In this document: positions 10,598 through 21,400 of the stretch, piece after piece
How the letters are laid out: every line of letters begins with the position of its first letter
Numbering within the stretch: the stretch's first letter is position 1
NCBI GenBank assembly: GCA_963846255.1
Contig: CAWJVE010000001.1
Coordinates: 2,659 to 66,658, forward strand
Direction of reading: 5' to 3'
Length of the DNA stretch: 64,000 nucleotides
From: an uncultured Solirubrobacteraceae bacterium
GTDB lineage: Bacteria > Actinomycetota > Thermoleophilia > Solirubrobacterales > Solirubrobacteraceae
Notes under the pieces: model-generated
The model's database searches: none
What the model saw: the letters and a program-made list of their open reading frames with translations, nothing else
Told to the model about the DNA's origin: nothing
Made by a program: the position numbers and the translations under genes

Positions 10598-11798
10598 ATG
10601 GCCGTCGTGTCGGGGCCCGAGCAGGCCGCGCCGGGCGGGGCGCACTCCGAGGAAGGACCCCTCGACGTCACGATCGTGGCCCACGACATCGGGCCGGTGG
10701 GAGGGATGGAGCTGGTCCTCTCGGAGCTGATCCTCGGCCTGCGCGAGCGCGGCGTGGCGGTGAGCGTGATCGCCCGCACGTGCGAGCTGCCGGCCGGCTC
10801 CGGGGTGCGCTTCCATCGCGTCCGGGGGCCCGGCCGACCGTTCCTGCTCGCCTACCCGTGGTTCCTGCTGGCGGCTTCGCTGGTTACGGCCCGGCGTACA
10901 CGCGGTGTCCTGCAGGTCACCGGCGGGATCGTGCTCAACCGCGCCGATGTCGTCTCGGTTCACTACTGCCACCAGGTCGGTCCCGCCAACCCCAGCCGCG
11001 CGAGTCTCCTCTACCGCGCCAACATCCGCTTGGTGCGGGTCGCCAAGCGCCTGTCCGAGCGGGCGGCCTTCCACCGCAATCGCGAGGCCGTGTTCGCGTG
11101 CGTGTCGGAGGGGGTTGCCGACGAGGTCCGCGAGCACTACCCCCGCCTGGCGCCACGCGTCATCGCGATCCACAACGGGGTCGACCTCGAGCGCTTCGAA
11201 CCGGGCCGCTGGCGCGAGCAGGCGGGCGAGCGGCGCGGGGAGCTCGGGATCGACGAGCGACAGCTGTTGGCGCTCTTCGTCGGCGGCGAGTGGGAGCGCA
11301 AGGGGCTGCGAGCGGTGATCGAAGCGCTCCCGGACGCTTCCGAGTGGATGCTCGCGGTCGCGGGGCCGGGCGACCGCCCCCACTTCGAGCAGCTGGCCCG
11401 CTCCCTCGGGGTCGAGCGAGCGAATCCGCTGGCTGGGGGTGCAGCGGGAGGTGGCGCCCCTGTATGCGATGGCGGACGCGTTCGCGCTGCCGACGAGCTA
11501 CGAGACGTTCTCGCTGGCCACCTTCGAGGCCGCCGCCAGCGGCCTGCCGCTGCTCGTCACGCCGGTCAACGGGGTCCGGGAGCTGCTCGAGCCGGGCGTC
11601 AACGGCCTCTTCGTCGAGCCTCGCTCCGAGAGCGTCTCGGGGGCTCTCGGGCAGCTCTCTGCCGACCGTGCGGGGATGCTCGAGATGGGCCGCGCGGCGC
11701 GCCGGGCCTCGCTGCGCTTCAGCTGGGAGAACACGGTCGAACGCCACCTGGAGCTCTACCGGAGCCTGGCGGGCGGGCGCCGCGGTACCCTCGCCTGA
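10598..11798 (+). CDS. GT4 glycosyltransferase (frameshift near 11425)
   Basis: GGMELV, IHNGVD and RKGL in the first frame; YETFSLATFEAAASGLP in the 11439-11798 frame. Confidence 0.85.
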
Positions 11799-11939
11799 GG
11801 GGGTCGTCCAGCGGCCGCCGCTGGGTGCGGGATTGCCGCACCGCTACTTGCGGATTTAGAGGGTCGGCCCGATACTCTTTAGACATCGGTTACGTCGGCC
11901 CGTACGATGGCCTTGCGCGCCTAAAAATGGACGCTGTTC

Positions 11940-13641
11940 ATGAACGAAACCCCAAGTGCCACCGCGATCCTCGCGCCCATCTGGCGGCGCAAGTGGCTGA
12001 TTCTGATCGTGGGGATAGTGGTCGCCGGCGGGACCTATCTCTACTACAAGCGCAAGCCGCTCACATTCCAGTCTGAAACCCAGGTCTACCTGAGCGCCGG
12101 ACACGAAGAGGAAGCCGGCGAAAAAGGGGCGGGGGAAAGGGCGCGTCGCTGACCGCCTCGGCCCAGCCGACGATCATCAACTCGGTCGTCACCGAAGAAG
12201 CCCGCCACCAGCTCAAGGCGCAGCACAACCACACCGCAAAGGTCGCGGCCAAGGGCAAGAGCAAGGCCAAGGCGAACGAAAAGAGCCAGTTCGTCAACGT
12301 CACCACCACGGCCCGCACGCCACGCGCGTCGGCGCTGCTGGCGAACACGATCGCGTCCGTCTACATCCGCCGCCAGCACAACCAGTACGAGCGCGGGATC
12401 CTCAACCAGCTGCGGATCGCCCACCGGCAGCTCGACCGGATCGAAACCCCGGTGCTCGCCACCAAAGGCTCGAAGGTGAGCGACTCGGCGGCCTCCCAGG
12501 GGAACGTGATCCGCGAGGCCCAGCTGCAGAGCCGCATCAACCAGCTCGAAGCCTCGCTCCAGATCAAAGGCGTCGAACAGCTCAAACCCGCCAAGCCGAG
12601 GGCGGCCACGCTGCTCGGGCCGGCGCCGAAAAAGAACGCCGAGTTCGGGTTCGTGATCGGATTGCTGCTCGCCTCGATCGCCGCCTTCGCGCTGGGGCGC
12701 CTGGACCGCCGCCTGCGGATGCTCGGGGATATCGAAGCCGTGTTCCCCACGCAGATGCTGACGGTGCTGCCCACGGTCCGCCGGCCGGTCGTGGACCGCG
12801 GCGGGTATCCGTCTCCCTCGCGCCTGTTGCTGGAGCCGATGCGTCGGCTGCAGGCGACGCTGTTGCTCGCCGACGGAGCGCCGAAAACGAACGGGTCCTC
12901 CCACCCGGCCGCGGTGGCGCCACCGCTGGGCGCAGGGGAGCTGCCACCTCGCAAGGTCCCGCACACGCTGCTGTTCCTCAGCGCCGAGGCGGGTGACGGG
13001 CGCTCGACGGTGATCGCCGACCTGGCATTGGTGCAGCGCGAAGCGGGCGAGCGCGTCGCGATCGTCGAGGCCGACTTCCGCCGCCCGAGCCAGGCAGGGT
13101 GCTCGGCGTCCCGGGCACGGCCGGGCTGCCGGAGGTGCTCGCGGGGGCGCTCACGCTCGGTGAAGCGCTGCAGGCGTGCCCGCGCCGCAGCCGGAGCCGA
13201 TGGCCGCCCAGCCGCGCGGTGGCTTTGAGACCGCCACCATGCTCGCGGCCCGCGACCACGGCGCGCGTGGCGCTGCTGCCCGAGCCGCGCCGCGGCCGTC
13301 AACCCGCCCGCGCTGCTCGGCAGCCGCGAGATGCACGAGCTCCTCCACACGCTCGCCCAGGAATACGATCGCGTGCTGATCGACGTTCCCTCGCCGCTGG
13401 AAGTCAGCGACGCGATGCCCCTGCTGGCGGCCGTCGACGCGATCGTGCTGGTGGCCCGCGCCGGGCACACCCGCGAGCGCTCCGCCCGCCGGCTGTGGCA
13501 GCTGCTCGCCCACACCACCCTCCGCCCCCGATCCTCGGCGTGGTCGCCAACGGGATCACACCGCGCGAGATGCAGAAGTACGGGATCTCGACCGGCAGCG
13601 GTGAACGGCGGGGCTGGAAAGCCCGTCTGCTCGGCCGATGA
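11940..13641 (+). CDS. Wzz/Wzc-like polysaccharide co-polymerase with a degenerate tyrosine-kinase domain (several frameshifts)
   Basis: IWRRKWLILIVG TM1, P.PKKNAEFGFVIGLLLA TM2, Walker-like SAEAGDGRST, EADFRRP, YDRVLIDVPSPLEVSDA, ILGVVAN. Confidence 0.75.
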
Positions 13642-15203
13642 ACGCGCCGCAGATGCGGCTGCCGAGCGGGGCGGCCGACTGGCATCCGGCCGTCAGGGGC
13701 CGGCGGATCAACGAGGGTGTGGCGGTGGCGCTGGCCGGTCTCGCCTGCGTGGCGGTCGCCCTCGGCATCGCGCTGGCGATGCCGAAGCCCAACTACCCAC
13801 TCGTGGTAGGCGGGATCGTCGGGCTGATCGCCGTGACGGCGCTGGTGACCAGCCCGCGCCTGGAGCTCACCGTCGGCGGCCTGGTGTTCTTCCTCGGATG
13901 CCTCAACGGCCCGCTGAAGCTGCTCAGCGCGACCGGGCGCGTTGGCTCGGCGAATCCAGGACGTGCTGATCGTCGCGATCGTCGCCGGGATGGCGATCCG
14001 GCACATGTATCAGCGGCAAGCCGTGGAAGCTGCCGCCGCTGGCGGGCCTTGCGATCGCGTTCGTCGCGGTCGTGGCGCTCGAGGCCTTCAACCCGAAAAC
14101 GCTCAACCTGCTGAAGGTCGGAGCGGGGTTCAGGGAGCAGCTGCAGTTCGTGCCCTTCTTCATCTTCGGCTGGCTGCTCGTGCGCTCGAAGCCGCGGCTG
14201 CGCAAGATGCTGATCCTGTTCGGGGTGATCGCGCTGGCCAACGGCATGGTCGCCACTTACCAGACCCGCCTGAGCCCAAAGCAGGCCGCCGCCTGGGGCG
14301 AAGGCTACGCCGCCAAATTCGAAGGCAAGGCCAGTCCAAGCACCTACAAAAGCGAAGGCGAGGGCCGACGTGCGGCCCACGGGGCTGGGGGACGAAAGCG
14401 GTGCGGGGGGCGGCACCGGGCTCGTCGCGATCGCGGGGGTCTTCGCCCTGTTGGCCACCACCAGACGAAAACGCTGGATCCTGCTGCTACTGGCGTTCGG
14501 GGCGATGGCGGCGATCGCGACCGGACTCGGACGGATCCAGCTGGTCGGCGGACTGCTGGCGGTGGTGGGCTATCTGCTGCTCGCCAGCGGCGGTGGTCGG
14601 GCGCTCAGAAGGCCGCTACGCTTGCTGCTCGTGACGCTGGCGGTGGCTACTTCCATTCGGGTTCTTGTTCGTCTCGGTGCTCGGAGAAGGGACGTTCTCG
14701 CGCTATACGAGCCTGCTCGAACGGAGGCACCTCGAGCGCCGAGCTACAAGGAAGGCGAGGTGCGGCAGGTCCCCAGCCTGGTGAAGGCGTCGCCGTTCGG
14801 CTTCGGTCTCGGGACGGCGGGTGCGGCCGCGGCGTTCGGGGGCAGATCCACCGAACTCTACGAAGGGCACAACGTCAACGCCGAGACGACCTACAACTTC
14901 ATCATCAAGGAAGTCGGGCTGCCGGGGCTGATCGTCTGGCCCGCCACGCTCCTGACGATGCTGTGGCTCGCCTTCACCCGCATCCGGCGGCTCGTCGATC
15001 CCGAGCTGCAGTTGTATCTGGCTGCCATCTTCGCGCCCATCTTCGCGATGTTCTTCATGTCCTTCGAGGGGCCCGTCTCTCAGAGCCAGGTGCTGGCCCC
15101 GTTCTTCTGGTTCGCCCTCGGCGTCGCCGCCTACTGGCTCGCCGGGCCCGGCTGGCAGGCCGCGCGGCGGAAGACGAGCTCAGATCGGGTGTGCCCGCCG
15201 TAG
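13638..15203 (+). CDS. Wzy polymerase / O-antigen ligase-like polytopic membrane protein (frameshifted)
   Basis: About 12 hydrophobic segments over three frames, with Wzy_C-like PFGFGLG...ETTYNFIIKEVGLPGL; starts overlapping the wzc-like stop. Confidence 0.65.
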
Positions 15204-15239
15204 CGGCGGTGCCCTAGGGGCAGCGGGGGGAGGGGAACG

Positions 15240-17042
15240 ATGAGGACGATGGATTTCCGCCCCGGCCGGGGGCGTGCCGCGCAGAGGCTCGCTGCTCTCC
15301 CAGATCGAGCTGCTGATCGGCGACCGCCGCCGCTACGTCGGCCTCGCTCGCGAGCCTCTCGCTGCTGTCCGGTTTCAGCGAAGGCCTGTTCCTCGCGGTC
15401 ATCGCCCAGGTCGCCTACAAGATCGTCAACGGCAAGGGCGGCGGCTCCCGCGCCGGCCTGCTCCACATCGCGCCTCGGTCAACACGCTGCTGTGGGTCGC
15501 GCTGGGGCTGGCGCTGTTCCGGCTGGCTGCTGCAGTGGCCGATCTCGGTCCTGCCGGCGAAGATCGCCGCCGACGTCCAGCAGAACCTGCGCACGAGGGT
15601 GTTCCGTGCCTTCAGCAACGCCTCCTGGGACGTGCAGTCGCGCGACCGCGAGGGCACGCTGCAGGAGATCATGACCAACCAGACCAGCCAGGCCACGGGC
15701 GGCGCGCTGCAGGCCACGAGCCTCGTCAGCACCTCGCTGGTGTTCGTGATCCTGATGGGCTTCGCGATCGCCCTCAGCCCGACCGCGGCGGGAGCGATCT
15801 TCGTGATCGCGGTCGGCCTGTTCGCGCTCATGCGACCGATGCGGATGCTCGGCGCAAAGCGCAGTCGCGAACTCTCGCGGGCGCAGGTGCGCTACGCGGG
15901 GGCGATCGCCGAGGCCAACCGTCTGGCCGAGGAGTCGCAGGTGTTCGGGGTCACGGACGCCCAGTACGACCGCATGCTCGGGTTCGTCGGCGACCTGCCG
16001 CAACCTCTTCTACCGCACCCAGGTGATCGCCAAAGCGGTCCCCAACGTCTACCAGAGCCTGATCTTCGTGCTGCTGGTGGTGGGGCTGATGGCGCTCGAC
16101 TCCACCGGCGCCCATCACGAGGGGAAGCTGCTGGCGATCGTGCTGCTGCTGTTCCGGGCGGCGCAGAACGCCCAGTCGATGCAGGGCGCCTACCAGTCGC
16201 TGCAGCAGTCGATGCCGTTCATCGACCGCCTGCGCCGGGCCGAGGCCCGCTACCGAGGACAGCGCCCCGGTACGCGGGCAACGAGCCGCTGCCGGGGATC
16301 TCCACGCTGGCATTCGAAGAGCTCTCCTTCGCCTACACCCCGGGGCGTCCGGTCCTCAGCGAGGTGTCCTTCGAGGTCGAGTCCGGCGAAGCGATCGGCA
16401 TCGTCGGCCCCTCCGGCGCCGGCAAGTCCACGCTCGTTCAGATCCTGCTGCAGCTGCGCCAGCCGGCGTCCGGGCGCTACCTGGCCAACGGGCTCGAGGC
16501 GCACGAGTACGCCCCCGAGGACTGGAACCGGCTGGTCGCCTACGTGCCCCAGGAACCGCGGCTGCTGCACGCCTCGGTGGCGGACAACATCCGCTTCTTC
16601 CGCGACGCTCGACGACGAGTCCGTCGAACGCGCCGCCCGTCTGGCCCGCATCCACGACGACATCACCGGCTGGGCGAAGGGCTACGACACGATCGTGGGG
16701 CCTCGCGCGGACGCCGTCTCGGGTGGCCAGCAGCAGCGCATCTGCCTGGCACGGGCGCTCGCGGCGCGCCCGCAGGTGCTCGTGCTGGACGAGCCCACCA
16801 GCGCCCTGGACCCGCATTCGGAGGCGCTCATCCAGGAGTCGCTGACGTCACTGAAGAGCGAGCTGACGCTGTTCACGATCGCGCACCGCATGTCCACACT
16901 GGACATGTGCGACCGCGTGATGGTGATCCTCGACGGCCGCCTGGCCGCCTTCGACACCCGCCCGGCCCTGCAGCAGCACAACCAGTACTACCGCACCGCG
17001 TCGCTGATCGCCACCAGCGCGGCGGGCGGCACGCTTCCTTGA
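15240..17042 (+). CDS. ABC exporter with fused TMD-NBD (PglK/MsbA-like; frameshifted)
   Basis: TM domain followed by GPSGAGKST, YVPQE, VSGGQQQRICLARAL, VLVLDEPTSALD, IAHR. Confidence 0.85.
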
Positions 17043-18106
17043 CGCCCGCCGAGGCTCGGGGCGGCGAGCTGGCGGGGGAGACCGTCGCCGAGCACGCTCC
17101 CGGCCGCGAGCATCCGCCGGCGCAGGGCTCGCCGGCGCCAGCTGCGCCCGTCGAGACGATCGGTCGCCTGCCGGACTTCTTCATCGTCGGGCAGCCGAAG
17201 AGCGGGACCACCGCCCTGCACCACATGCTGCGGTCACATCCGGAGATCTTCATGCCCGCGAACAAGGAGCCGTGGTTCTTCGCCGAGGAGCTGCTCGAGC
17301 GCACACCTCCCCGACCCGCCGGGACGCCGCGCTCGCTGTCCGAGTACACCGCCCTGTTCGCCGCCGCGGGGGCAGAGCAGCGCGTGGGAGAGGCTTCGGT
17401 CCTGTATCTGTGGTCGCGCACCGCTGCGCAGGCGATCGCCGCGGTCGATCCCCGGGCGCGTGTGATCGCGATCCTGCGTGAGCCCGCCAGCCTGCTGCGA
17501 TCCCTGCACCTGCAGTTCATCGAGTCCTACGTAGAGACCGAGCCCGACCTGCGCACCGCGCTCGAGCTCGAGCCCTCCCGCCGTGAGGGACGCAACGTCC
17601 CCCGCCACACCTACTGGCCGCAGGCGCTCGCCTACTCCGAGCACGTGCGCTACGTCGAGCAGCTCAGTCGCTACCGCGACCGCTTCCCGCCCGGGCACCT
17701 GCTGGTGCTGATCTACGACGACTTCCGGCGCGACAACGCGGCCACCGTGCGCACGGTGCTGCGCTTCCTCGAGGTCGACGAGAACGTGCCCCTGCAGTCC
17801 GCCGAGGTCAACCCGACGGTGGTGCCGCGCTCCCAGGGCGTACACGAGCTCCTGCACGCTCTGACGGTCGGACGCGGGCCGCTCGCGCGTGGCGCCAAGG
17901 CGGCGGTCAAGCGCGTCGTCCCCAGGAAGGTGCGCCGCGACGGCGTGCGCGCGGCCAAGAACCGCTTCCTGTACGCCGAGGCGCAGCCCCCCGACGAGGC
18001 CCTGATGAGAGAGCTGCGGGTCCAGTACAAGCCGGAGGTCGTGGCGCTGAGCGAGTACCTCGGCCGCGATCTGGTGCACGAGTGGGGCTATGACGCCCTC
18101 GGGTGA
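17039..18106 (+). CDS. Sulfotransferase paralog A
   Basis: TTG start overlapping the ABC stop; LPDFFIVGQPKSGTT, KEPWFF, GEASVLY, LREPASLLRS, WGY. Confidence 0.92.
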   Translation: MTPAEARGGELAGETVAEHAPGREHPPAQGSPAPAAPVETIGRLPDFFIVGQPKSGTTALHHMLRSHPEIFMPANKEPWFFAEELLERTPPRPAGTPRSLSEYTALFAAAGAEQRVGEASVLYLWSRTAAQAIAAVDPRARVIAILREPASLLRSLHLQFIESYVETEPDLRTALELEPSRREGRNVPRHTYWPQALAYSEHVRYVEQLSRYRDRFPPGHLLVLIYDDFRRDNAATVRTVLRFLEVDENVPLQSAEVNPTVVPRSQGVHELLHALTVGRGPLARGAKAAVKRVVPRKVRRDGVRAAKNRFLYAEAQPPDEALMRELRVQYKPEVVALSEYLGRDLVHEWGYDALG

Positions 18107-19073
18107 CACGCCGGACGGCGAGCCGGGGCGGCTGCCGGACTTCTTCATCGTCGGGCACGCCAAGAGCGGCACGACCGCGCTCTATCGCATGCTGCGAGCC
18201 CACCCGCAGATCTTCATGCCCGACAACAAGGAGCCGTGGTTCTTCGCCAGCGACATGCGCCCGCGCTTCCAGCCGCGCAAAGCCGCGCCCTTGCCACAGA
18301 CGCTCGAGGAGTACAGCGAGCTGTTCGCCGGTGCCCGCGAGGACCAGCGCGTGGGCGAGGCCTCCTCCTCCTACCTGTGGTCGCGGACCGCCGCCGAGGC
18401 GATCGCCGAGGTCCAGCCCGAGGCCCGCATCATCGCGATCCTGCGCGAGCCGGCCAGCTTCCTGCGCTCGCTGCACATGCAGCTGCTGCAGACCCACGTG
18501 GAGAGCGTGAAGGATTTCAGCGCCGCGATCGCGCTCGAGCCGGAGCGTCGCGAGGGACGCCAGATCCCGCGACGCTCTCACCGGCCCCAGCTGCTGCGCT
18601 ACTCCGAGCACGTCCGCTACGCCGAGCAGCTGCGCCGCTACCACTCGGTGTTCGCGCCCGAGCAGGTGCTCGTGCTGATCTACGAGGAGTTCCGGGCCGA
18701 CAACGATGCCACCGTGCAACTGGTGCAGAGCGAGCTCGGCGTGACCCCGGGCGAGCCGGTCGTACCCGTCCACGCCAACCCCAGCGTGCGCATGCGCTCA
18801 CAGGCCCTGGACGACCTCGTGCACGCCGTGTCGGTCGGCAGGGGTCCGGCCGGGCGCGCCGCCAAGGGGGTGCTGAAGACGCTCACCCCGGAGCGGCTGC
18901 GCCGCGAGGCGCTGCGCGTGACCCAGCAGCACGTCGTGCACGGTGCGCCCCAGCAGACCGACGAAAGCTTCATGAACGAGCTGCGCCGCCGTTTCAGGCC
19001 GGAGGTCGAATCGCTCAGCGAATACCTCGGGCGCGACATGATAAGCCTGTGGGGTTATGACCGCCTCGACTGA
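18090..19073 (+). CDS. Sulfotransferase paralog B
   Basis: LPDFFIVGHAKSGTT, KEPWFF, GEASSSY, LREPASFLRS. Confidence 0.93.
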   Translation: MTPSGDTPDGEPGRLPDFFIVGHAKSGTTALYRMLRAHPQIFMPDNKEPWFFASDMRPRFQPRKAAPLPQTLEEYSELFAGAREDQRVGEASSSYLWSRTAAEAIAEVQPEARIIAILREPASFLRSLHMQLLQTHVESVKDFSAAIALEPERREGRQIPRRSHRPQLLRYSEHVRYAEQLRRYHSVFAPEQVLVLIYEEFRADNDATVQLVQSELGVTPGEPVVPVHANPSVRMRSQALDDLVHAVSVGRGPAGRAAKGVLKTLTPERLRREALRVTQQHVVHGAPQQTDESFMNELRRRFRPEVESLSEYLGRDMISLWGYDRLD

Positions 19074-20016
19074 CGCGCTCGTGTCAGCCGCCGCGCGCGG
19101 GCAGAGGGTTCCCGACTTCTTCATCGTCGGGCACCCCAAGTGTGGGACCACCGCCCTCTGGGAGATGCTGCGGGCCCACCCACAGATCTTCCTGCCCGCC
19201 GTCAAGGAGGCGCGCTTCCTGGCGAGCGACCTGCGCGCGATGGTGCCCTCCTCGCCCAACCAGCCCCAGAGCCTGGAGGAGTACCTGGCGCTGTTCGCGC
19301 CCGCGGCGCCCGGCAAGTGCGTCGGGGAGGTCTCGCCGGCCTACCTGCGCTCGCGCGAGGCCGCGGGCGCGATCGCCGCCTTGCAGCCGAACGCCCGCAT
19401 CATCGCGATCTTCCGGGAGCCCGCGAGCTTCGTGCGCTCGCTGCACCTGCACCTGCTCGAGGAACACGTCGAGACCGAGAGAGACCTCGCCACCGCGCTC
19501 GCCCACGAGCAGCTGCAGCGCGCCGGGCAGCGCGTGCTCCGCTACTCCGACCACGTCCACTACACCGAGCAGCTGCGCCGCTACCACGACCGCTTCGCCC
19601 CGGAGCAGGTGCTCGTCCTGATCTACGAGGACTTCCGCTCCGACAACGAGGGAACGCTGCGCCGCGTGCTGCGTTTCCTCGACGTGGACGACGAGGTGGC
19701 GCTGCCGGCGGTCGAGGCCAACCCCTCCTACTCGGTGCGCTCCCAGCGCCTCAACGGCGCGGTGCACGCGCTCGAGGGCGGGGCTCCGGCGGCGCGGGCG
19801 ATCAGGCGTGCGGCCGTCACGCTGACGCCCCGCCGCCTGCGCCGCGGGGCGATGCGGATGTTCCGCAGGCGCGTGCTGTACGGCCCGCCGCCGCAGGCGG
19901 ACGAGCGCCTGATGGCCGAGCTGCGGGAGCGCTACCGCCCCGAGGCGGAGGCCTTCGGCGAGTACCTCGGCCGCGACCTGTCGACGCTCTGGGGCTACCG
20001 GGACGGTCCGGGCTAG
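19057..20016 (+). CDS. Sulfotransferase paralog C
   Basis: VPDFFIVGHPKCGTT, GEVSPAY, FREPASFVRS. Confidence 0.93.
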   Translation: MTASTDALVSAAARGQRVPDFFIVGHPKCGTTALWEMLRAHPQIFLPAVKEARFLASDLRAMVPSSPNQPQSLEEYLALFAPAAPGKCVGEVSPAYLRSREAAGAIAALQPNARIIAIFREPASFVRSLHLHLLEEHVETERDLATALAHEQLQRAGQRVLRYSDHVHYTEQLRRYHDRFAPEQVLVLIYEDFRSDNEGTLRRVLRFLDVDDEVALPAVEANPSYSVRSQRLNGAVHALEGGAPAARAIRRAAVTLTPRRLRRGAMRMFRRRVLYGPPPQADERLMAELRERYRPEAEAFGEYLGRDLSTLWGYRDGPG

Positions 20017-20037
20017 ACGCTCGAGCCCGGGGCGCGG

Positions 20038-21342
20038 CTACTCCACCCGTACCGTCGGTTCGCTCGCCGAGCGCTGATCGGGCAGATTGATCTCGACCCC
20101 GGGCGGTGGGTCGACGTGCCCGGCCAGCAGCGGGTCTTCGGTGTCCCTCATCCACTCCTCTAGCCGGTCTCGCAGATCTCGCGCCACATCGGCAAGGCGA
20201 GCCTCCTCGATCAGGTTGTTCGCCTCGTTCGGGTCGAAGACGAGGTCGTAGAGCTGTTCTCTGGGGACCTCGCACTCTGCCCAGCCGCTGGAGATCAGCA
20301 GCTCCTTGCTGGGGCCGTCGTCAGTGTTGGCGAGCACCGGCGTGCGGCGATCGCCCCAGCGGCGGATCAGCTTGTGGCGGGCGGTGCGCACGCAGCGTTG
20401 GGGCTCATAGGCGGCGTGCCAGGTCGAGCCGGCGAAGATCTCCTCCCGCACGGCGGGACTGTCGCCGCGCAGCAGCGGCATCAGCGAGACGCCCTGCAGG
20501 AAGCTGGGGCGCTCGACGCCGAGGTACTCGCACACGGTCGGGTAGATGTCGATGTGCGAGACGAGCGCGTCGAGCACCCGGCCCCCGGCGAACGGCTCGG
20601 GCCCACGCAGGATCAGCGTCACGCCGAGCCCGCGGTCATACAGCGTCGCCTTCGCCCCCGGGAACGGCATCCCGTGATCGGTCGTGAAGATGATCAGCGT
20701 GTTGCGGTCGAGGCCGTGGGCATCGAGCTGGCTCAGGACCATGCCGACGCCGTGGTCGAGCGATCGCGCGCTCGCCTTGAAGGCAGCTACGTCGGCGCGC
20801 ACCTCCGGACTGTCGGGCAGGTTGTTCGGCGGCTTGGAGTAGTGGACGTCGCGCAGCGATCCGGGGCCGAGGAATTCGCGGTGGGTCTCGAAGAAGCCCA
20901 CCGACACGAACAGCGGCCGGTCGCGGGGGCGGGCGAGGACCTCCATCGCGAGCGGTGCCACCGTGTCCACGTGCGTGGTCGGCACCTTGATGACCTCGTC
21001 GTAGCCGATCACGCCCGGCTCCTTGGAGATGTGCTGCTCGCCGATCAGCGTCGAGGTGTACCCGACCCTCGACAGGGTGTGAACGATGTGGTGGCTGTAG
21101 TCGCGCAGCGACCACCCGCGGTGGGCGAGACCGAGCATCCCGTTCGTCTGTCCGTACTGGCCCGTCAGCAGACAGGCGCGGCTGGCGGAGCAGGTGGGGG
21201 CCGCGCAGAAGGCGTCGCGGAAGAGCACGCCCTGGTCGGCGAGGGCCTGGACGTTCGGCATCGTGACCTGCTCGCCGTAGGGCTGGGTGTAGCGGCCCGT
21301 GTCGTGCGAGTGCAGGTAGAGGATGTTCGGCAGCGGGTCCAT
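20038..21342 (-). CDS. Formylglycine-dependent sulfatase (resembles the sulfamidase/N-sulfoglucosamine sulfohydrolase group)
   Basis: PNILYLHSHD, APTCSASRACLLTG, FFETHR, NTLIIFTTDHGMPFPGAKATLYDRG, EQLYDLVFDPNE. No signal peptide. Confidence 0.9.
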   Translation of the reverse strand: MDPLPNILYLHSHDTGRYTQPYGEQVTMPNVQALADQGVLFRDAFCAAPTCSASRACLLTGQYGQTNGMLGLAHRGWSLRDYSHHIVHTLSRVGYTSTLIGEQHISKEPGVIGYDEVIKVPTTHVDTVAPLAMEVLARPRDRPLFVSVGFFETHREFLGPGSLRDVHYSKPPNNLPDSPEVRADVAAFKASARSLDHGVGMVLSQLDAHGLDRNTLIIFTTDHGMPFPGAKATLYDRGLGVTLILRGPEPFAGGRVLDALVSHIDIYPTVCEYLGVERPSFLQGVSLMPLLRGDSPAVREEIFAGSTWHAAYEPQRCVRTARHKLIRRWGDRRTPVLANTDDGPSKELLISSGWAECEVPREQLYDLVFDPNEANNLIEEARLADVARDLRDRLEEWMRDTEDPLLAGHVDPPPGVEINLPDQRSASEPTVRVE

Positions 21343-21400
21343 GTATTGTTCACTCAGTTGGTGGGCTTCGCTCGGGTTCACTGCGATCGCCGGCACCGTC

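Noticed and set aside
15599-18106. Apparent 835-aa ABC transporter-sulfotransferase fusion
   Set aside because: Artifact of frameshifts. The ABC C-terminus ends at 17042 in another frame, and the sulfotransferase has its own TTG at 17039.
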